A stretch of 64,000 bases of DNA from Puccinia triticina (Eukaryota). A model generated the notes under the pieces. It did no database searches, was not told where the DNA came from, and saw nothing but the letters and a program-made list of their open reading frames with translations. Within the stretch, counting starts at the first letter, position 1. Each line of letters opens with the position of its first letter. Shown here piece after piece: positions 11,245-24,474 of the stretch. A program made the translations under genes and the position numbers. The stretch lies in assembly GCA_026914245.1 (NCBI GenBank), contig CP110440.1, positions 2,604,001 through 2,668,000 of the forward strand. Direction: 5' to 3'.

Positions 11245-14200
11245 GGGGCTGTTGATTTTTACAATTTCTCTTTTACCATGTGGGTACATTGTAAAACCAT
11301 GAAATTGTAAATTTGCATACCAGCCAAAATAAATTAAATTTGCAATTTAACCCTGGAAATCAGGGGCCTCAAAAAAAGCCCTTGCAAAAATTAAATTGCA
11401 AAATAGGCCACAAAGGTCTTTACTTTACACAATTCCAAACTAATTCTTACCACCACTGGCCATTGTAAAAATGGCCATGGTCAAAGTACATATCCAAGCC
11501 CCAAAAAATAAAATTGCAGCTTCTTTTTTGAAATTTGAATAAAATTGCAAAAAAGGTATTGTAAAAGTACACATTCCGCCTATTATATGTAAAATTGCAC
11601 TGCCTTGAAAAAAAGGCCCCAAAGGCCTGAAAAAAAACAAGGCAACACATGATACGTTAAGAGGTCGAAAACAGGGAAGGAGAGAGGAGAGAAAATAAGC
11701 CAAGAGGGAGGGGAATGGGGAACCACAAGCAGATAAGATCAAGTACAGGGGAAGAGATCAAGGACAGGGGAAGGGGGAAACAGCAAAGAGATCATGAAAC
11801 TCGACATGAAGATCTGCGCGTTGGTACCTTTGACTTGACAGCGCTGATTTTTTCCCTGGCAGCAGCTGCCCTCCAAGCAGCCATGGCCTTCTGAGTGCCC
11901 GCGGCCTTCTGAGCAGCAACCACTTCGTCCAAGGGAGCGGAGTTCTGGCTTGGGGTGTCTTTGTGAGATGTGGGCGCAGGTCGATCACTCAAACTTGAGG
12001 CCAGGTTTCCAAGGTCAATGATGAGGGACTTCCTTGGATTTCCTGGGTTCTGGGCTTGAAACTTCACATTCTTGGCGGTGAAGTGAGCTCTCAGTTGGCC
12101 GCCGAGCGGGCTGCAATGCGCTCCCAGTCCGCACCGCTCAACGGGGCCGGCTGAAATTTGCTGTCGGATATGATTGGCTTCCGAGGGCGACCACGTTTTC
12201 TGGCAGGCTTCTTGGGGGCCAACTCTGAAAAGGGGACATTGGGACCCAAGGCCAATGGAGCAGATGCTGCGGCAGGGTCCGGTAGCGAGTCTTGCGGAAG
12301 CAGAGGTGGCAACACTGTGGTGGAAGAGGAGGGGCGAGGGGCTCTTGAAGGCTGGCTCCGTCTGGTAGGGGCCTTGGAGGTAGCTCTTGCTGCTGGAGTC
12401 GGCTCAGGAGGGGGAGTCGGAATAGATTGATTTGGTTGACTGTTGTTCAATTGGAGTCGTATCTTGATTGGTTCGGTGACAGGTTGGCTTGGTTGAGGTG
12501 ACAAAACCGCTTGGAAGTCTGAATGCAATGACTCCTTGCTGGTAGATTCCTCATCTTCGCTGCTGTGGTCTGAGAGATCTTTGCTCCAGTCTTCAGAGCA
12601 CAAAGGTGACGATATATTGTCACCAATGAACTTGGTAGACTTCATTCTACTTCTCACGGGCTTAGGCACAGGGTTGGCGGATGGTGCCGGTCCCACAATG
12701 TCATCACCCGTTATGTCGCCGTTGTAACCAATATTCAAGAAAACTTTGCAAGTGCTCAAAGGGGAACCCCGATGAGATTTTTGGGTTGTCACGCCGGATC
12801 CTCTCATTGCTTTCTTTGACAAAGGTGGCCTTGTTGTTGGTCCATTGTTGAGAGTAGATTAACCAGCTGGTGTTTGGATGTGCGCCACTGATACTTCCAG
12901 GCACCGGGTCAACCATCTGAGCATAGCCGGTGTTTTCTTGATCGTTGTGTAGCCAAACACCAGTGACGCCTTGAATCTGCCGCAATACCTTGCCCCAGTA
13001 GTGATGGGCACCCCAGTATCCACGCAAGATTAAAGTGTATTCCTTCCCGGATACCGTCAACTTGAAAGGCCAGCTCATCTGGGCCACAAATTCCACCTGC
13101 TTTTGTTCATCGAGAATTGAAGTCGAGTCAATGTTGAAGTAGAGATGAGGAGGAGATTTCCCATTGGGGAAGGATATTGTAGACAATTCTTCCAAAAAGC
13201 TTCCGGCAATATCATCTGGATTCTGCGGCTTACTGGGTCGGAATTTCTTACTCCTGGAGGTGTTGCAAGTCTGACATTGAAGACCAGAGGTACCCGCTAG
13301 CCCTGACAATTCCCAAAGTGTGATGAGCGCCCCCGCATCAGCATAGCCGATGCCGTTGCTGTCAAACATAGCTTGAGTTATCTTTAGCGAGGCCAATACG
13401 CGGTCAGATCGGGGATGATTGATTGGCTTGCTGTGTTGCTTGCGGGGGCACGAAAAGACTTGATGTTCTTCCATTGCAAACAGTGTTTGCAAAGCTTCTG
13501 AGGAGTTGGCCTTTGGGTCCAGCATGATTTCCATGAAGAAATCTGCTGACGAGTACTCCCCGGCGACGAAAGAGGTAGGATGTAGATTGCGAGCCGCTTT
13601 GAATAGCTGGTTTGACCCGCGAGTAAGGATTGCCTTCAATGATTTGTTCCCAACTAGCTCGTTTGTTGATCTGGAGGCGAAGTGGGAGAGAAGAATGTCG
13701 AAAAGGTCGTTTTTTTTGCCGCCCGGGGATCACAGCCAAAGTGGCGTGTATAACGCATATAAGAAATCCAACAAAGCAGCCAGCCAGCATTGGTTTTGCC
13801 TGGGGGCGTTCTTCGAGGCGGCGTAGGACGCATAAGTCGTATGCGCCGCCCGGTTGATGTTTTGGGAATTTCGCGGCCTTCCAAGCTTGGCCCGCTTGTT
13901 GGGACCGTCCAGGAGAGCCTCGGTGGTGTCTGGTGGCCGGTAATCATTCATCGCTGCCCTCTGTCGCTTGGTTGGTTTGATCCAGCCAATTGATTGAGCT
14001 ATGCTCTTCTGGTCCTTGGTGGCAATCCCATATTGGATCGGCACCCTGCGCATCCTGAGGGAGTGATCGGTCTCCAAAGCTTTAACAAAGGCGTAAAGCT
14101 CCGAAAAGCCGGCCAACATTCTCTTTTTACCGGAACTACAGGGAGAAACACAGTAGTGTTAGATTGATCTAAGAGATAAAGTGCTGTAAAGCAGACAAGA

Positions 14201-16907
14201 TAAGAAAAAACCGACTGACCTAAACATATAGTACACGCGATACATGCTCTCCTGAGCATTTGTCGAGCTTGGAAGACCATCTTCGCCGTTGGGCGAGTCC
14301 TTGAGCATCTTGCGGCGGCTTGGAAACAGCATGGACTCGACGTCCGCCATTGTCCACCAGTCAAGCCACGCCTTGACCTTTGGGAACCGGTGTCGCATTT
14401 CGTTGATCTTTTCGTCGTGAGTACGACCAGTTGCGTCGCATGGCTGCAATAATGCCAAGCACTTAGCTTCAAAGAGCGCCTAGAGAGAGGGAATGCCTGG
14501 GTTAGCGTTCATCCAGCCTACAAGAGCAAGAAAGGGGAATAAAATCAGCAATCCTCACCTGCTCATCGGCCATTATGACTGCCTGGTTGCGCTTCACCCT
14601 TGTGATCGACTGTCAGAAGTGTTCCCAACACCCCTTGAGCCTGCGCTTGGCTTCCTTGGGGTCCGTTTTGCCAAATACTTCCATATAGGCCGCGATGAAA
14701 CCCCTCTGCTGGGCTTTTGAAAAATCAACAATGCTTTGAGCAAGGCCCTTGCATTTGTGTTGCAGGAGTGAGGGAATCAGGAATTGACGGAAAAGAATAG
14801 AGAAATGGATGGTATAATATGCTTTGCTGAGCCCTCGGATCCAGCTCAGCTGGACTGGTATCCACCGACCGATGTCGTTGCAGTACATTGAGGTTGTAAG
14901 GAGATATCCGGAAGCAAAAAATTGGTAAGTTACGTCCGAGATCAAACCTCCTGAGTAGAGTTTCCCGCCCTCCTTGCTACAATCAAACAAGCGTTGTGAC
15001 ATCCAGTTTGTCTGGAAAGTAATATGCTCTTCGTCACGCTTGCAAGCAATTGAAATGATATCCATTCCGTTCCTGCATGGAATATGTCAACAAAATCAAT
15101 GAGATTCTCAGTGAGTGAATAATCTGAGTAAAAAGATAGTCAGATGACTTACAATTGCCATTCAAACAAATCGTGCATGAATTTGTCGCCACCATCACCG
15201 CCCTTGCTGGATCCGAAATCCATTTGCTGAAGAATCTGTTGGCGAAGATGGCGCAGCCGGTCGGAGTTCCCCAGTGACTCGTGAATGTTAACCACACTGG
15301 TGGTAGGTTTGCCTGGCGCTGTTATATTCCTTATCTGATGGACCAAAAAAAATATTTCCAGTCCAGTGAGCATGTGAAATGCCAATCCACAGGCGAAAGA
15401 TTGGAGAAGGAAAGCGGATAAATTTGAAATAGAAGATACAGACCTTGAGCTGGAGGGCAGTGGCCTTTGGGTTATTCTTGACGGTCTCGGTTAAGTCCTT
15501 TTTTGCCAATGGGTTGGGTTTCTTTGAGGAGGGCCATCGATGGTTGTGGAAGCCACGGTGTCGGAGGAGCCCCCAGCCAGTTTTTTTGTGATAGCCGAAT
15601 TGGCAATGTGTATCTGAGCAACTTTCCCAATAAATCTTGCCTGGGCAACGACCGGCAAGGCCTTTGCAGGTTGGGTTACTGCACAATTGACCCAATAATG
15701 ATCAGAACAGTGTCAAGGGTAGCCGCAGAACACATAAGGGACGCCATGGATCCTACTAACCTGCTGAGGAACTCCTCTATTTTTCCGTGGCCGGTTGGTG
15801 GGGGGCCTGCGTAATCACACCCGTCCTGATTGCACCGGAGAACACCAAGACAGTAAATTTGAATAACCCGCCACTTGTCCGACTTGGCGCCATTTCTGCT
15901 GCGCTTTGAGTAACCAACTGCTCCAAAGTTTGCAAACTTGCTGTTGATGGGGCGGACAAATACAGTCGATCCATTTGGGTATAGGGGATATCCCTGCCTG
16001 TCCAACACGCAGCCATGGTCGATGTAAAACGAGAATCCCTGGTCCATGGCGACCGGGAATTGCCAGTTGGCGACGTCTTTGTGTTCTGCCGATGTCGGGT
16101 CTTCAGGGCCGCCAGATAGATGAGGAGGGGGTATTTGCCAGAGGGTATCACTAGCCGGGTTGGAGAGGGTAGTGCTAGGGGGAATGGATGGTGTGGAGGG
16201 TGTCGTGGTGGGGGGATCAGGGTCAACTGGCCTGGTGGGATGGAGGATTTGCGCTGAGATTATTTTCTTGCGGGGCATGGGGAAGTGATTCCAATGACCA
16301 AATGCAAACAAATAAGCTTATCGCGGGTATCTGACGGGTATCTATATGGTTATCTCCTTATCTCCTGGTTAATATGCTGGGTATAATTTTATGTATCTCT
16401 ATTAAGGTTGGTGAATAGAGTTGGCGGTGGGAAAGTGGGAATTAGTGGGGAGGGACCGATTGGTGATGTTGCGGCACCTAAACCCAGTTTTTGATGACAA
16501 ACTGGTTGGTTTCGAGGTTGTTGCTGCGCTACTTAGGGAAGCGGTGATAAATGCTAGGCCTCCTTGGGTGAGATACTGGAGTATTAAGCTTAACGGAGGG
16601 AGCGTTGACGGTTATTCCGGAGGGATTGTGAAGATTGAGTTGCAAATTTGTTTTTAGTTCATGGTTTATGTAGATTTACATGCTATGTAACGAGAATTGT
16701 AACCTCACAGGTGGTAAAATTGCATGATGTAGGGCTGCGGGGCCAGATTTACAAATTGAGGTTTACGGCAGGTACCTTTACAATGGGTGCTATGTAGCGC
16801 ACAAATTGTAAAAATAATTTACAAATTGAATATATGCAATTTTACATTGTGCGGTGTTTGCAATGTACTGACATTGCAAAACACGCATTGCAAAAATCAT
16901 CCACCTC
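11245..16907 (-). mobile_element. Mutator-like (MULE) DNA transposon, 5.66 kb
   Basis: 9-bp TSD TCAGGATAC (11236-11244, 16908-16916); imperfect G-starting TIRs (GGGGCTGTTGATTTTTACAAT vs revcomp GAGGTGGATGATTTTTGCAAT); A/T-rich subterminal repeats; transposase motifs inside. Confidence 0.88.
11750..16278 (-). pseudogene. Multi-exon MULE transposase: GCM/WRKY-like Zn domain, DDE core, USP-like peptidase domain and AT-hook; disrupted
   Basis: YCLGVLRC..C / CPG..C / HRGFHNH Zn domain; GGLISDVTY, SIVDFSKAQ, LKGCWEHF (CxxH), WLDWW, STNAQES; NQCWLAALL and HHYW...WLHND; RKRGRPRK. In-frame TGA at 14613-14615 plus frameshifts. Confidence 0.75.
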
Positions 16908-17459
16908 TCAGGATACTCCCATAGGGAGAAAAGGACTTAGTGGTTGCGCCCACTGAAGTCCCCTCTATAAATAGAGGCCTGTTTGGCCCTCAGGAAAAGT
17001 TCCCCAAGACCATTCACCGCCCATAAACCGTAAGTTTGCCGTGAATATTCTCCTCTGCTACTACTGTAGCCCCTTTTCCTTACAAACCATCCCCAGCACG
17101 CAAAATCACTGGATTAAACCCTTTAAATCATCAAAAAATCCCTTATTAGCATATTTAAAGCTTTATCCTTATAAGTAGTTGCCGTAAGACCACCGCCTCT
17201 GTCAAGCAGCCAATCAGTTTAAGCGCTTACCACCTACTTTTACGCCAAATTAATTCCCTGTAATTAATAATTACATATCATTAATTACATAATTAATCCT
17301 TCCTCTGTTACAGAGTGTTAAAACCCTTTTAGTGGCCATATTTACCACGTAACAAGTTTGGTAATTTACATTACCAGTGTTTACATCAGCACAGTTATAG
17401 TGCTAGGGCCCAAAACCCCTATTTTTGACGGGTTTTTGCCCTAAGCTTCATAAACAGAG

Positions 17460-19530
17460 CTGTCAAAAACAATCAGTGGTATTGTCCCTTGAAACAGTAA
17501 ACCCCGCTTCTGACCTGGTTATCTTCACTGACGGCTCTGCTCACCCAGAGGAAGGGCTAGGAGCAGCGTTGGCAACAGTGGGTCGCTACGCTAAACTACA
17601 CTATTTGACCAAAATCTCTTAGCGTAGCAGCCATTTTTCCCTCCTGGATTCATTTAGTGTTAGATAAATTTAAAATCCGCTACGCTAACAGTCAGTGTAG
17701 CTATAATAATTTCATTTGCAAAACAAATAACGTTAGATTTAAAAAATAAGCGCTAAACTAGAAATTAGTGTAACTTGTTATGAGCTAACGAAATTTTTGC
17801 ACACATTTAGCATAGCTAGTCACAACATACGCTACGCTAAATAGAAGCTTCATTACACAGAACTAAATTGGTTAGCTTGAATTCTTTCCCTCAAACCAGA
17901 CACTGGCACAAGCTTTGGGATGAAGAAAATAGGTGTTTTTTTGACCTCTTCTTATTACGATGAATATGATAAATTATTTCAAGTCCCCAGGCAGATGTCC
18001 GCCCAAGATCTCTCATTTCAATATCATAGACATCACAAAAAGACAGGAAATAAACATATACTTATACAAACCATTAAAAAGAAGAGAAACAAGGGTGGTT
18101 GAGTGATGAGTTGAAGCAATCAAGCAAGAGATGAGTGGAGTTTATTGAGGGAGAAGTTATAAACTGATGAATGATTATGATAAATGAATGATGGTTGTGT
18201 ACTCTCATATAGTATATCAGGAGTGAAAATTGATGCTGTCTGAGGTCTAATGTGGTCCACTGAGTTCAATTAGAACCTGGTCTTGGGCAAAATTACACAA
18301 CATGTGTTTACATATGTAATCAAAGTGCAACCACCACAATGAGAGTTAGCGTAACTTCAAAGAGAACCACACCAACAGTTAGTGTAGCTTTTTGGAACAC
18401 TAACATCGCTAAAATGATAATTCCAAAGAATTGGAATAGTGTTAAATTTCTTTTTCAATTCCAGCTAACACTACGCTAACAGCTATTTTTTTTCTTCAAG
18501 AAAATGCCTTGGTGTTAGTTGGAAAAAATCAAAGCTAACAATAACTTCTCTGTAGCGTAGCTGAAAACAGCTAACACTACGCTACACTACAGCTATTGTT
18601 AGTGTAGCTGACCCAGTGTTGGCAGCGGTCTCAATAGATGGAAGTCTGTCTGAACTTGCATTCTTAGGTCCGCCGGGCACGGCCTCCAACTTTCAGTGCA
18701 AATTGGTAGGCATCCGGCTTGGACTGGAGATAGGCAGCATGGCAAAGCTCCCGGTAACCGGGGCCCAAATAATCATCTTGACGGACAGCCAAGCGGCCAT
18801 TGACAGGTTGAGGAACCCAAGGGCTCCAAAATCAGGCCAATACATTCTTTCTCAAATCCAGGATACAGCTGACTCACTGACTCTATCCCAATCTCAACAC
18901 AGATTATGGTCCAATGGTGCCCGGGCCACGTCGGGATCAAAGGCAAAGAGCTGGCCAACAGAAAAGCAGCGGAGGCCAGAGGAGCTTCCCTCCTTGACGA
19001 GTCAATCAGGGGAAGCGTGTCAGCCAAGAAGACCAATTTGCTCCGGAAGGAGAAACTATGGAAAGGGTCCCCGCAAATGACCTTTCTTGTCCAGGCGGCA
19101 TTCCATCAACTTTGCTCAGGGCACGTCCATTTGAAAGCTTTCCAATTCAAGTGCAGTCAAGCTCCATACCCAATTTGCTTGGAGTGTGGGGTCCCTGAAA
19201 CAGTGGATCACTACCTTGTCTCTTGTTCCAGGTACACTGGGGCTAGGGAAGTAGCCAGGACAATCCTCCACGACAAGAGGATCACCACGTTCAGGACCAG
19301 AACTCTCCTCCACAACCCCTTGGCCTTCCTGGCCACAAAATCCTTCATCAAACTCTTGGCCAGACTCCCTCAATTCCAACGGGAAAGCAAATTTGGGGAT
19401 ACCCTTTGAGGTCCCCCTTCCAGCTCTTTGGACCCAACTTCTCCCCACGGGTTCTTCCCTTTTTCACCCATCTTTTTCCTCCTTTTTCTTTCTTCTCTTC
19501 TAAATAAATAAATAGCAAAAAAAAAAAAAA
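17460..19530 (+). mobile_element. 5'-truncated LINE (Tad1-like): RNase H, CCHC finger and poly(A) tail
   Basis: IFTDGS, ILTDSQAAI, QWCPGHVGIKG, CLECGVPETVDHYLVSC; tail TAAATAAATAAATAGC(A)n at 19501-19530; split by the 17576 insertion. Confidence 0.88.
17576..18618. mobile_element. Non-autonomous TIR element inserted in the LINE RNase H
   Basis: TIR CAGTGGGTC-GCTACGCTAA / TTAGTGTAGCTGACCCAGTG; flanks TTGGCAA / TTGGCAG; many GCTAAC/CTACGCTA subterminal motifs; removal restores GLGAALAAVSIDG. Confidence 0.85.
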
Positions 19531-19704
19531 CTCTCAAAAGCAAACTCCCAGAAAGCCCGTTAAAGTTCTCCCCTCTATTTTCAATTGTAAGGCTGTGTGT
19601 TTCTGCTCAGTAGTTAAGTTTGTAAGCTAGTTGGATATGCATAGTGCGCAATGTTAAATCAAATCTGCACTTAAAAAAAAAGAAGCCCCTTAACCCGTTC
19701 ATGG

Positions 19705-20516
19705 TGTGAGCCTGAGTCTCTTATGTGACAGCAGGAAACATAAAAGAGGGGGACACTGATTGAGTTCCTTGGGATAAAGAAATACAAGCAGTGGAGAGAA
19801 GAGGAATAGAAGAGAGAAACTGAGAAGAGAGAAACTTGATCTGTTTGAATTATGATTTAATATGGGCCAAGCTCTACCTGGAAAAGTAGGCTGCCAACTG
19901 TGCTAGAGATGCAACAGTCTCCACTCACACCAAGGAAACGGTGGTGGGATTCAGAAGTAGGTTGACTACTCTGCTCTGGCTTTAAAGGTCTTAACAAGAG
20001 ATAACCTGTGGATCTTTTGTAGCAGAAGAGAGAAACAGAAGCAGGGAGAGAGCAGTCAAGAGCAACAGAGTTTCTTCTGAGACAAACAAGGTCAGTAGAA
20101 GAGGTTACTTACTGTCAATATCCTGTGGTGATACTGGGAGTGAAGTGGCCTCTGTTCAGTGATCCTGGGTGTCTCTGGGGTATGGTTCTGGTGTGCTGAA
20201 GTCTGTAGATCCTCCTCAGGCAGGGGGGATCCTGACTTCAAAAATTTTACATAATTACATATGTACAAGTGGTTGGCGCGCCTTGTAGCGCTGCCGCGTC
20301 ACAACTGCGCATGCGCGCCATAACTCAAGAACTCAGGGAAGGAGTGGAGTTACAAAGAAGTGGTAAGTTGTAACTAGGGTTAAAATTGCATGAGAAAACA
20401 GAATATGAAGTTAAAACAAGGTTATCTATTAAGATGAAAAAGATATGAATTAATTCATATGTAAAAAGGTAGAAAAGGCAGCTTTTAGGTCAGCTGTGTT
20501 GACTCTAAGGCTGACA
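19705..20516. mobile_element. Solo LTR, family S (copy 1)
   Basis: TGTGAGCCTGAGTCTC...CTAAGGCTGACA; TSD CATGG; homologous to 26548 and 43110. Confidence 0.9.
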
Positions 20517-20714
20517 CATGGCCTGTTGTTATTTCATTTATTTTTGTTGTCTGGGTGCAAGTGGCACGTACAGCTAGGGGTTTTATGGTAGTTTCACAAT
20601 CTGAGATGTGGGCAAGACAGGGCCCAATGGATGCAAGAGAGTTGGCAGCTTTGCATCCGTGATCTGAGATGTGTGCGAGACAGGGCCCGATGGGCGTGAG
20701 AGTGGGGAGCCCAA

Positions 20715-20805
20715 TCTGAGAATCCAACCAGATATTCCGGGTATTTACCGGATATCACGTGACCGCTACCGGATATTCCGCACGGGAAATCCAACAATGT
20801 TTGAA
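20715..20805 (+). promoter_or_regulatory. Putative displaced native eIF5 promoter
   Basis: This sequence abuts the eIF5 5' UTR once Copia-2 is removed; it contains TCACGTGAC and repeated (CC)GGATATTCCG-like motifs. Confidence 0.4.
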
Positions 20806-20938
20806 GTGCTTGTTGTAACCTAACCTGTTAGGTTACGGCATGTGACACTCGCCCAGCCCCGAGACCGTATTTAGGTAGGGAAACAGACTGTAGAGTCTGT
20901 TTCTCCCATCTGCATTACCATTCTCATCACTTCAGTCA

Positions 20939-21859
20939 TGTCAGCCTGTATGTAACTAACCGTGTCTGAGAGGGTTGTTACTATCAAGATGATGGTGTAA
21001 GATGCCAAGGATGGACCAATGGGTTCGTGGTAAGACCTGTAAAAGGTTTCACTCTATCAGTAATCTTGACTGAGAGGCTTTCTCAATTAAGGCGCATCCA
21101 GATCAACACAGGGTGTTAATAGGCATCCAAGGAATAACTAAGGGTAATCAAGAGTTGATGTTATTCCTGAATTGAAAGATGGGTGAGAATGAAGGCACTG
21201 TTTAACTATGTATGTGTTAAACCTTGCTATAATAATATTCTGAGGGATAAACAGTCCTGGGGGGTGTGTTTATATAGAGGGGAAAAGAGCAGGAGGGAAT
21301 ATGAGGCGCTTGGAGGCGCTTCAGGACCAGGGGGGAACTGGAAGCGCTCAAGGGAAGCATATCCTCATGAGGATCAACATTGGAAATGATCAGGGCAGTG
21401 TAATGATCAGTACTGATCCTGGATCAGTAGCTGTGCACACTAGCTGATCATAACCAATCATTGATTCCATTCAGTGCTCTTTGAATTGGATTACATCATG
21501 TATTGTTTATGTATTTATATCATAACAAATATGTTATGTAAATAGGAACTGAAGCATAACAGGGGATAAATGAGTGATACCTGTCTTGGGGTATTTGACG
21601 TTTACAGTAATATTACAATGTATTGTAATCTTACTGTTTGCACGTAAGTTAACTCTTATAACAACAGTACATTATGGTGACTGTATTTAACTATGGTTAT
21701 CTGTACTGTGATGTATAACAAGAGTACATTCTTAAGCCTGTATCTAATGATATACATATGTATTAATAAAGGTGTAAAAGGAATGTACTATGAATAATGT
21801 GAACAATTGCAGGTACTTGGTACGTGTAAGGTACTGTGACATGTACTCTGTGGCTGACA
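20939..21859. mobile_element. Solo LTR inserted in the Copia-2 5' LTR
   Basis: TGTCAGCC...GGCTGACA; TSD AGTCA (20934-20938, 21860-21864). Confidence 0.9.
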
Positions 21860-22393
21860 AGTCACTTCAGGTTATGAGCCTGTAAACCTTGCTCTACCAA
21901 TTGTCCTTTTCATCAATCAATCTGTTTTCCACCCTATCATCAAGGTAGTCCAGTCAAGGACGTAATTGACCTGCTTATAATTTCATTGTTTTGATCTACC
22001 TCATCGGGTATCCTAGATTAAGGTGTAATTGACCCGGATCTTCAGCGTTTCTGTCTCCCTATTATACTACATCTATCAACATCATTCTTCTTCCAAATCA
22101 TCCTCTATTCTTAGAGTTAGCAGAAGCCGGAGCGTGTTTTTCAGGGATTCTGAGTTCTGTCATCCGCATACCCCACTACTCTCTCTGATTCGGAAGAACA
22201 AGCACGTAACGATAAAGCTATACAGAAGGCCAAAACTGTGAAAATCTGATTCCCTGGCACGGAACAGGCGCTTAGATGTTACCTTGTGACTTCAATCTAC
22301 TCCTCCTTCTTTTTCTCCGACAAACTCAGAGGACCTGGTAGGCATTCTCCGGTGGCTTGTTGGCTCTAGGTTTAGATTTTTTTTCTTCTTTTA

Positions 22394-23556
22394 TGTCCAA
22401 TAACCCTGTTACCAACCCACCTTCTGAATCACATTGACAAACATCTTCTTCCGCTTGGTCAGGTTGTTCGATTGTTGAACTCAACGGTCAGGATCTAATT
22501 GACGCAGTTACAGCATCCATTCAAGACACACCTCATCGACTGGAGCATATCTTCGGGAATCAACCAAACACTCAGACTTCTCCCGGTGACGCTTCTGCAA
22601 TCAATCAACGGATTCCTGGAGCTTGGCAGCAAGCTCAACCGCCTACACCTCGAAATCGGTATTACCCGGAACTCCCTCCGTTTCCCACCTCTGGACCGTC
22701 GGCAGGCGAAGAGACACTCACCGAGCGTCACTACGTTCCTTTACCTTGATCTACCTTCCAACAGCCAATTTTCCCTCTCACAGCTCCTCCCCCGTCTTTA
22801 GCGACTGCAACAAACTCTGCACCGGACGATCTTTCTTCTCCACTCCTGGAAATTCCTCCGTCACCCCCCTCACCAAATCACCCTCCTCCTCAATCTTTCG
22901 TTGCGCCACAACCTTCCCAAATGGATGCCCCCCCTCATCTCTCAGCAGCACAAAGAGCAGCCGACCTTGCCGAGGCAAAAGCTCAACTGGAAGAATCGAA
23001 GATTGTCGGGCAGGCGATACATGCAGCAACATCAAACATTCCTTCTGATAATGTTCTGGCAGCGGACGGGTCGAATTTTGAATCCTGGGCCCAAGAACTG
23101 GCAGAGAAAGCTGGAATCCACCTGAGCGACAAGGAGTTTTTTCAAAAGAAACAAACTAACTCCGTTCTTGAAAAGATTGGACAGGCCGTCTTTTTAGCCA
23201 TGATCCATGAATCACTGAAGGCTGATCTTCACAATGCAGCCGGCTGTTTCGACATGTACAAAATAGTTTTCAAGAAATTCAAATCAATCAGTCAGGCGGC
23301 TCAGCTCAATGGTTTCTATTGTTTCATGGGATTCAAGAACGTGGACAACCCAACTTTGGCTGGGGTGGCGGCAAAACTGAAAGAACTGGCAAAAGAATGG
23401 TCGAACCTCAAGATCCATCTGACGACTGACATTTTTATGGGTTTTATTCTTCAATGTAGCATTGGCCGCGACACCTCACTCGGCCTGGATTTCAACAGCA
23501 GGATAGAATTGGAACTCCAGAAAACGGCTGGAAACACGACTCCCTCTTTTGACCGT
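22394..23556 (+). pseudogene. Copia-2 gag, N-terminal part
   Basis: VLAADGSNFESW motif resembles Copia-1 gag (LALDGTNFPMW); reading continues TPSFDR|LIQIL at 32875 after the Gypsy is removed; start approximate. Confidence 0.7.
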
Positions 23557-24474
23557 TGTGGTGCGCTATCTGGTACACGCGGTGTCAAGATCAAATTTCG
23601 CGATGGCGCGCGGAAGACCTCAAGACGCGTGGAGGGATCAATTTTCCTGGGCGCGACGCGCGTCAAGACTCGACATCATTGGATCTCAGGCGGGCGCGCG
23701 CGCTTTGGCGCGCCGGTTCCCTTTCCCTATTTGGTTTTGTCTTTTTTGTTTTTTTTCCTTGTTTCCTTCTTTCCTTTATTTTTGTTCTTACCTGTTTGTT
23801 TTATTTCTTATATGCGCGTGTTTGGATGTTCTGTTATGTGGTGGGTTGGTTTTGCTTGTTTGTTTGTGGTTTTGTTTGGTTTTGCTGGTTTTGTCTGGTT
23901 TTGTCTTTGGTTGTTTGTTTTCTCTTTCTTGTGTTTGTTGCACGCGCGGGGCATGATGAGCTGTCCCGCAGCATGTCACGACCCCGGAATCTGAGTTCAG
24001 CCCGAACTCAGATGATGGGGCGGCATGGGATCTCTCTGAACCGTATTTTTCCATCAAAATTTTATCGATCATCATCATTTGCGCCCTCAATCGCCTTCCT
24101 GGAGCTTTATCCATCCCGACGACGCGTCGGACACGTTCTGATCACGCTTTGGCGTTTCCCAACTCATCCCTGATCCCTCTGGCCACGTTTCCCCGGCGTT
24201 TTTCGACGATCTTCGCCTCCTGAACCCCTCATTCAGTCGGCACTCTCCGACATTCCTCTTTGATCACGACCACCGGCCGCTTTCGCCGGTACTCCCCCTT
24301 TCCTTTCCTCAAAACAAACACCCGCCGACGCGCCTCCAACGCCGTCGTAAATCACCCCTTTCTCACCTCATCGCTACAGATTTCATCCCCCTCTTCGACC
24401 AATTCCCGGAGGGCATCCCCAAACTTTTCCCCTCCAACAACTGCCGCCGCCTGGCACGGACGGAGTTCCACATT

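Noticed and set aside
16917..17420. LTR-like segment with TATAAATAG next to the MULE
   Set aside because: No termini or TSD could be defined
23549..24173. Hydrophobic membrane-protein-like ORFs (also 7317-8096, 31954-32571, 37830-38075)
   Set aside because: Artefacts of T-rich LTR and 3' UTR sequence, duplicated with the LTRs; no evidence for an env gene
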